Positions 58,158 to 64,000 of a stretch of DNA of 64,000 nucleotides are shown piece after piece (the first letter of the stretch is position 1; each line of letters opens with the position of its first letter). This DNA is from a virus (Duplodnaviria > Caudoviricetes): the IMG/VR virus record IMGVR_UViG_3300025621_001306, positions 1-64,000 of that record. One strand, given 5' to 3'. The notes beneath the pieces are model-generated. The model saw nothing but the letters and a program-made list of their open reading frames with translations. It was not told the DNA's origin and searched no databases. A program made the position numbers and the translations under genes.

Positions 58158-58543
58158 TAAATAAATTTATAGGAATAGGTCACCTAACAAAAGACCCAGA
58201 AACTAAATCATTTGAAAGCAGCAACACTAAGTGTTCATTCTCACTAGCCATTAACAACTCTAAAGATGAAGTCCTTTTCTTAGACACAGAATGCTGGAAC
58301 AAAACGGCAGACAACTGTAAGAAGTTCCTATCTAAAGGTTCTTGCGTTTACGTTGAGGGTAAAATAAAAGTCAGCAAATGGGAAGACAAGAATGGAAACT
58401 CAAGGCAAAAGTTTTACCTTGGCGCTGACCTAGTTAGATTTCTGCCAAGCGGAAAGAAAGAACCAACTAATGTTGCTATTGAAAATCCACAACCTAGTCC
58501 TACTATACAATCAATAGTAGAAGAAGAAGAAATGCCATTCTAA
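58154..58543 (+). CDS. ssb: Single-stranded DNA-binding protein
   Basis: NKFIGIGHLTKDPE, KGSCVYVEGKI, acidic EEEEMPF tail. Confidence 0.92.
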   Translation: MINKFIGIGHLTKDPETKSFESSNTKCSFSLAINNSKDEVLFLDTECWNKTADNCKKFLSKGSCVYVEGKIKVSKWEDKNGNSRQKFYLGADLVRFLPSGKKEPTNVAIENPQPSPTIQSIVEEEEMPF

Positions 58544-58546
58544 GAC

Positions 58547-59632
58547 ATGAAGAAAATAAATTTCAGTGGACCAATAAATTCATTAAGTTTCGGTAACGTC
58601 ACTTACAACATGCTAAAGTCTCTACATGGAAAAGGTGTAGACATATCCTTCTTCCCAATGGGGAGTTCTTTGGATTTTAGCGCTTACGATAAAGTTAATG
58701 CAGACTTCAAATCCTGGATAGATAGTTCCTATAATAATAGATTCTCCAACTTATCAAAAGAATCCGTGTCTCTAAAGATGTGGCACATAAATGGCGCAGA
58801 GTCAAGAGTTGGGACAACTCAATATTTATATACTTTTTATGAGACGGATGAACCTACAGAGACTGAAACTAATATTTGCAAGATACAGGATAAATGCATC
58901 TTTAGTAGTTCTCATGCTAGGGATTGTTTCGATAAATCTGGAGTAGATGATCCCGAATACATACCAATTGGATTTGATACCGATTTCTTTGAAACAAATA
59001 AAACATACCTTGAAGGAAGAATTAATTTTGGCATCGTAGGCAAGTTCGAAAAAAGAAAACACACCGAAAGAATAATTAAACTCTGGGCAGACAGGTATGG
59101 CAATAATAATGATTATCAGCTAACATGCTGTATCAATAACCCATTCTTCAAGCCTGAACAGATGGGCCAAGTTTTAACAAAAGCCACTAATGGTAAAAGG
59201 TTCCGCAACATAAACTTCCTGCCCCACCTGAAGACTAACTCTGAAATGAATGAGCTTTATAACTCTATTGACATTAATCTAAGCGGCCTAAGCGGAGCAG
59301 AAGGTTGGAATTTACCCGCATTCAATTCTACTTGTCTAGGTAAATGGAGTGTCGTATTGAACGCCACCTCGCATAAAGATTGGGCCACCAAAGATAACTC
59401 GATATTGGTCGAGCCAGAAGGCCAGGAAGAAATTTATGACGGAGCATTCTTTCAAAAAGGTCAACCATTTAATCAAGGCAACTTAAATACATTCTCCGAT
59501 CAATCATTTTATAAGGCGCTAGACAAAGCTATAGATAAATACGACAAAAGAAACGAAAAAGGTGTTGAAATAAAAGAAGTATTTACTTACGATAATACAG
59601 TTGAAAAAATCTTAAACCTAATAAACAAATGA
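58547..59632 (+). CDS. GT4-like (GT-B) glycosyltransferase
   Basis: FYETD, GKFEKRK, MNELYN..D, SGAEGWNLP. Confidence 0.78.
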   Translation: MKKINFSGPINSLSFGNVTYNMLKSLHGKGVDISFFPMGSSLDFSAYDKVNADFKSWIDSSYNNRFSNLSKESVSLKMWHINGAESRVGTTQYLYTFYETDEPTETETNICKIQDKCIFSSSHARDCFDKSGVDDPEYIPIGFDTDFFETNKTYLEGRINFGIVGKFEKRKHTERIIKLWADRYGNNNDYQLTCCINNPFFKPEQMGQVLTKATNGKRFRNINFLPHLKTNSEMNELYNSIDINLSGLSGAEGWNLPAFNSTCLGKWSVVLNATSHKDWATKDNSILVEPEGQEEIYDGAFFQKGQPFNQGNLNTFSDQSFYKALDKAIDKYDKRNEKGVEIKEVFTYDNTVEKILNLINK

Positions 59633-59817
59633 ACATTAAGAAACAAGGCGAAGGTGTTCTCCTCTGCTGTGGCAAAGGAAGATGTCCGGTATTAAAAAAA
59701 TCTAAAGAAAAAACAGACCATTACACGCTCACTGATGATTTTGGTGGCGAAGTATCTTTGACTCAAGAGCAGCTTCTAGTTATCAAGGAAGCGCTAGAGT
59801 CTCTCAATGGTAATTGA
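59629..59817 (+). CDS. Small Cys-containing hypothetical protein
   Basis: CCGKGRCP...LTDDFGG; ATGA coupling. Confidence 0.6.
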   Translation: MNIKKQGEGVLLCCGKGRCPVLKKSKEKTDHYTLTDDFGGEVSLTQEQLLVIKEALESLNGN

Positions 59818-60103
59818 ATTGATCTCCTGTGTCGGCTTAATGTGGATCCTTAGGTATGGGTCCATATTAGGCCGTCTGAGGAATTTTATTTTTAAACATT
59901 CTAATTTATTAAAAGAATTATTTAATTGTAGTTTATGTTTAGGCTTTTGGTGTGGTTTATTTATTGGTTTATTAATGTATAATTTTAAAGAAAGTAATAT
60001 TTTATATTTGTTATTTCCCTTATGCTCTAGTGCTTGTTGTTGGTTATTTGATTCTCTATTGGATTTAATACAATTAAGCTGTAATAAATTAGATAAAAAA
60101 TAG
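59807..60103 (+). CDS. Small membrane protein (DUF1360-like)
   Basis: LFNCSLCLGFW plus hydrophobic helices. Confidence 0.55.
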   Translation: MVIELISCVGLMWILRYGSILGRLRNFIFKHSNLLKELFNCSLCLGFWCGLFIGLLMYNFKESNILYLLFPLCSSACCWLFDSLLDLIQLSCNKLDKK

Positions 60104-60132
60104 TTGACAATGTAATAAATATTTGGTATAAT
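60104..60132 (+). promoter_or_regulatory. Consensus sigma70 promoter, probably leaderless
   Basis: Exact TTGACA-17-TATAAT; ATG 8 nt downstream. Confidence 0.8.
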
Positions 60133-60140
60133 CTAACACT

Positions 60141-60527
60141 ATGCCAATGTATATCTTTCAAAACCCTGAGACCCAAGAGGAAACAGAGGTGTTCTTCCAC
60201 ATGAATGATGAGAAGAAATATGTAGACGAAAAAGGATTAGAGTGGAGGAGAATCTTCACGTCTTCCCAATTGAATACAGAGGGGTCGATTGACCCATGGG
60301 ACAATGCAAGTTTTGTAAACTCTACTGCAAACATGAAGGGTAGTGTTGGTGATATGTTAGATAAGAGCGCCGAACTTTCATCTATGCGCGCCGAAAAGAA
60401 TGACGGCGTAGACCCACTAAAGAAAAAATACTTTGAAAATTACTCTAAAGAGAGAAATGGAACAAAACATCATATGGACAAAGGTAACACATATGAAAGT
60501 AAAAACGTTAAAATAGACTTCGATTAA
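60141..60527 (+). CDS. Hypothetical protein with degenerate FmdB-like N-terminus
   Basis: MPMYIFQ..ET.E..EV...M pattern without the Cys residues. Confidence 0.6.
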   Translation: MPMYIFQNPETQEETEVFFHMNDEKKYVDEKGLEWRRIFTSSQLNTEGSIDPWDNASFVNSTANMKGSVGDMLDKSAELSSMRAEKNDGVDPLKKKYFENYSKERNGTKHHMDKGNTYESKNVKIDFD

Positions 60528-60529
60528 TT

Positions 60530-61099
60530 ATGAGCTTACAATTATACAAACCAAATAAATACAACTCTGGATTCGGTTTCAGTTTTTCAATGGGTCACGA
60601 CAAGAACAGCGGCGAACCCATCTTGTTCGTGTCGGCCATAATGCAACACAGCTGGGATGAGAAAGCTAGGCGAGGAACCTTCATCAAGAACAAAGAAGAC
60701 CCAGAGAAAAACATTACCCTGAAATTCAATGAGTTTGAGTGCGGCTCAATAATCAACGCAGTAAAGAATAGATTTGCATACGATACCTTCCATCAATTCG
60801 AAGGCAAAAAAACTACTATAAAATTTACTCCATGGGATAAAGAATCTAAAGTTTCTAAGTTTGACGCAAAAACAAAAAGCTACAAAGAAGAAATTCAAAT
60901 ATTACCAAACTTCGGATTAACAATTATAAAAAACGGAAGCAATACATTTAAATGCTCACTAGAAGCTGGGGAGGCAGAATGTTTATCTAGATTCCTAGAA
61001 ACTATCCTGACCAGAATATACAATTTTCGTATAGAGAAAAACATTGAATCGTTTTCTAAATCTAAATATTCCAACACTGAAGAAGATTGCCCGATTTAA
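60530..61099 (+). CDS. Hypothetical protein, possible Whirly/PC4-like nucleic-acid binder
   Basis: Two beta-beta-beta-beta-alpha-like halves; acidic tail EEDCPI. Confidence 0.5.
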   Translation: MSLQLYKPNKYNSGFGFSFSMGHDKNSGEPILFVSAIMQHSWDEKARRGTFIKNKEDPEKNITLKFNEFECGSIINAVKNRFAYDTFHQFEGKKTTIKFTPWDKESKVSKFDAKTKSYKEEIQILPNFGLTIIKNGSNTFKCSLEAGEAECLSRFLETILTRIYNFRIEKNIESFSKSKYSNTEEDCPI

Positions 61100-63006
61100 T
61101 GAAGAAGATCTTATTTCATAGCAATCACAGTAAAGCATTTACTGGCTTCGGTAAGAATTGCAAGAACGTATTATCCTACCTTTATTCTACTGGAAAATAT
61201 GAAATCATAGAGGCTTGCAATGGGATGCCAAAGTCTCACCCAGCTTTATCTAAGATGCCATGGAAATGTGTTGGCACTCTGCCAGACGACCAAAGAAAGC
61301 TGCAACAATTACAGAAAGATCCGAATACCGCAAGAACTGCTAGTTATGGCGGCGAAACAATAGACGACTTAATTAAAGAATTGAAGCCTGATATATATAT
61401 AGGCGCCGAAGACATCTGGGGATTTAATGGGTACTGGAAGAGGAAATGGTGGGACAAGATAAATTCTATAATATGGACCACCTTAGACTCTGAACCCATA
61501 TTGCCCTTAGCCCTGGAGGCGGCTCCATTTGTTAAAAACTTCTACGTCTGGGCGAGCTTTGCTGAGAGAGAGTTAAATAAATTGGGGCATGAACATGTTA
61601 AAACCCTGAGAGGAGTAGTTAAGACGGAAAGCTTTTTTAAGATCGCCGACGAGCACAAAGTAAATTTAAGGAAGAAATTCCTAATAGACTCGAATTGTTT
61701 TTTGATTGGTTTTGTATTCAGGAACCAACTGAGAAAGAGCGTCCCAAACTTAATGGACGGCTTCTCATTATTTCTCAAGGATAATCCTGACTCAAACGCC
61801 AAGCTATTGCTGCACACACACTGGGGAGAGGGTTGGGATATCGTCAGATTGATAAAAGAAAAGGGTATAGAAAATTCAAGAATACTAACAACTTATTACT
61901 GTAAAAAATGCAAGCAGTACGAGGTTAAGCCATTTTCAGGCCAAGAACTTGATTGTAAATATTGTGGATCGAAGAAAAGCCAAAACACCACAAACGTACA
62001 AGCTGGGGTTTCTGAAAATCAGCTAAATGAAATATACAACCTAATGGATGTATACTGTCACCCATTCACTTCTGGCGGCCAAGAAATACCAATCCAAGAA
62101 GCTAAGCTCACCGAGCTTGTAACGCTCGTCACAAACTATAGCTGCGGCGAAGACACTTCAACCTTAGAGAGTGGATCCTTCCCACTTGACTGGGCCGAAT
62201 ACAGGGAGCCTGGAACTCAATTCATAAAGGCCAGCACTTATCCATCTAGTATCGCCAAGCAGTTGACAAAAGTTTTCAAAATGAAAGCCAACAAGAGGGC
62301 CAAGATGGGCAAAACTGGAAGAAAGTTCGTTATAGATAATTTCTCCCCAGAAGTAATCGGTGCCCAATTAGAAGAGATCTTTGATTCAATGCCTGATCAT
62401 GATTTTGATTTTGACTTCAAAGATAAACCAAGGAACCCTAATTACATCCCAAGAAATATAACTTGTGACTCAGAGTGGTTAGTTGATATTTATAAAAATA
62501 TACTGATCATGGACGTCAATGCAAAGACTGACGAAGGCCACAAGTATTGGATGAGTGAAATTTCAAAAGGAAAAACAAGAGGTGAAGTGCTTCAATTCTT
62601 CAAAGATGTTGCCAATAAAGAAAATTCCTCAATTCCATCTTCTTTTGATTTTGAGCAATTACTTGATGACGAAGGCGCAGAGAATAGGATTGCTGTAGTT
62701 ATGCCTGGAAGCGCCGGTGATGTATTGTGGGTTAACTCTCTGATGTCTAATCTTAAGTCGCTCTATCCATCTCATAATATATATTTCATAACAGACCCAA
62801 AGTTTTATCCTTTTATTGAGGACAATCCTTCTGTGCATAAATTAATACCATACAGCAATCAGATCGATTCCTTGACTTTTCTAGAGGGCATGGGTGAACA
62901 CAAAGGATACTTTGACGTGGCATACCTTCCCCATATCGGAACTCAAAAAATATTAAACTATACGCATAACGGTAGAGACAAAAGTCAACTAGATTTATTG
63001 CCATGA
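61087..63006 (+). CDS. Multidomain glycosyltransferase: GT4, Zn-ribbon insert, DUF4214-like domain, GT9 N-lobe
   Basis: TGFG, RNQLRK, CKKC...CKYC, IYNLMD...GGQEIPIQEA, DEGHKYW, GSAGDVL...LKSLYP. Confidence 0.75.
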   Translation: MPDLMKKILFHSNHSKAFTGFGKNCKNVLSYLYSTGKYEIIEACNGMPKSHPALSKMPWKCVGTLPDDQRKLQQLQKDPNTARTASYGGETIDDLIKELKPDIYIGAEDIWGFNGYWKRKWWDKINSIIWTTLDSEPILPLALEAAPFVKNFYVWASFAERELNKLGHEHVKTLRGVVKTESFFKIADEHKVNLRKKFLIDSNCFLIGFVFRNQLRKSVPNLMDGFSLFLKDNPDSNAKLLLHTHWGEGWDIVRLIKEKGIENSRILTTYYCKKCKQYEVKPFSGQELDCKYCGSKKSQNTTNVQAGVSENQLNEIYNLMDVYCHPFTSGGQEIPIQEAKLTELVTLVTNYSCGEDTSTLESGSFPLDWAEYREPGTQFIKASTYPSSIAKQLTKVFKMKANKRAKMGKTGRKFVIDNFSPEVIGAQLEEIFDSMPDHDFDFDFKDKPRNPNYIPRNITCDSEWLVDIYKNILIMDVNAKTDEGHKYWMSEISKGKTRGEVLQFFKDVANKENSSIPSSFDFEQLLDDEGAENRIAVVMPGSAGDVLWVNSLMSNLKSLYPSHNIYFITDPKFYPFIEDNPSVHKLIPYSNQIDSLTFLEGMGEHKGYFDVAYLPHIGTQKILNYTHNGRDKSQLDLLP

Positions 63007-63410
63007 TCTCAAAGGATGAAAGTATCTTATCGGTACCCATATCAGTAGGAGAACTGTTTGATAGAATTTCCGTACTAGAAGTTAAGAGGAGAAAGATTAA
63101 CGATCCAGAAAAGCTTTCTCATGTGAATAATGAGTACGAGTTACTGCTTCCCTTGTGCGAGGAACGCATATCAATAAAACCAGAACTAAAGTCATTACTC
63201 TCAGATATAACAGACGTCAACGAAAACCTCTGGGACATACTAGAACACCAAAGAAATAAAGAAAAGAATAAAGAATTAGATCAGGAGTTTATAAACATAT
63301 CTATATCAGTATACAGAGAGAATGATAAAAGATTCAATATTAAAAATGAAATTAATAATTTAACTAATTCAAAAATTAAAGAACAAAAATATTATACCGC
63401 AGAAAAATGA
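63003..63410 (+). CDS. DUF6165-like protein
   Basis: PISVGELFDRISVLEVK...VN..LWD...VY..ND.RF.IK..IN....S.IKEQK.Y. Confidence 0.7.
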   Translation: MISKDESILSVPISVGELFDRISVLEVKRRKINDPEKLSHVNNEYELLLPLCEERISIKPELKSLLSDITDVNENLWDILEHQRNKEKNKELDQEFINISISVYRENDKRFNIKNEINNLTNSKIKEQKYYTAEK

Positions 63411-64000
63411 GTCATATCGCTGAAGAATACGCAAAATCACTTGGTGTCAAAATAGGTCAACCCGAAATCATTGGCCACTTCTACCCAATACCTTCTGAGA
63501 AATTTATAACATTCCACACCAACAACACTAAATCTCCAGCAAGACATTATGATTATTGGGCTGTAACTATACAAATGATTAAACCCTTCTTAAAAAAAGA
63601 AGGAATAGATATAATACAAATAGGCGGAAAAGATGATGTCGTACTAAATGATTGTGATTTTAATTTACTAAATTGTTCGTTCAAACAAATGACCTACGTA
63701 TCCAGTAAGTCGTTACTGCATTTTGGTATAGATAGTCTTCCCGTCCATATAGCGAGCTGCTTTGATAAAAAAATAGTATGCCTCTACTCGAACCTTTTCC
63801 CAGAATGCTCTGGTCCAATATGGAATAAGAAATCACAAGTAAAATTAATTTCTCCTGATTTTTCCGAGATAAAACCATCTCTCTCAAACCATGAATCTAT
63901 AAAAAGAGTAAACGAAGTTAAGCCTGAAGAAATAGGTTGCGCAGTTTTAGATTTATTAAACATCAAGCATGACCTAAACAACCTATATACATTAAATATA
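63407..64000 (+). CDS. GT9 (heptosyltransferase-like) C-lobe protein, runs off the window (not in ORF track)
   Basis: ATG 63407 (ATGA overlap); MSHIAEEYAKSLG...FITFH...IIQIGG...HFGIDSLPVHIA...IVCLYS. Confidence 0.72.
   Translation, partial: MSHIAEEYAKSLGVKIGQPEIIGHFYPIPSEKFITFHTNNTKSPARHYDYWAVTIQMIKPFLKKEGIDIIQIGGKDDVVLNDCDFNLLNCSFKQMTYVSSKSLLHFGIDSLPVHIASCFDKKIVCLYSNLFPECSGPIWNKKSQVKLISPDFSEIKPSLSNHESIKRVNEVKPEEIGCAVLDLLNIKHDLNNLYTLNI

Noticed and set aside
57917-63981. Short minus-strand ORFs in the right-hand block
   Set aside because: Antisense to supported plus-strand genes.

Overview
Gene-dense, AT-rich segment, most likely from a large tailed dsDNA bacteriophage (standard code 11). 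I found no rRNA, tRNA, CRISPR array or integrase. Positions 1-57351 are encoded on the minus strand and 57561-64000 on the plus strand. In window order it contains: Gly/Ser/Thr-rich virion or tail-fibre-like genes sharing an internal repeat; a ClpC/ClpA ATPase; a replication block (DnaE core with separate PHP and DEDDh genes, a Cas4/AddB-like nuclease, primase, DnaB, RecA); a ~20 kb array of glycosyl-, sulfo- and methyltransferases interrupted by a MORC-like GHKL ATPase; and an RNR module whose NrdB has class Ic (Mn/Fe) signatures. That module is bracketed by two copies of a structured non-coding element. Next come nucleotide-sugar genes (GDP-fucose, and a pseudaminic-acid-like pathway with Maf-like transferases), then a divergent block with a sigma factor, SSB and GT4/GT9 enzymes. 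Two classes of upstream signal are visible: sigma70-type promoters (several apparently leaderless) and a recurrent GTGTA motif. All family calls rest on motifs recognised by eye, not on database searches.
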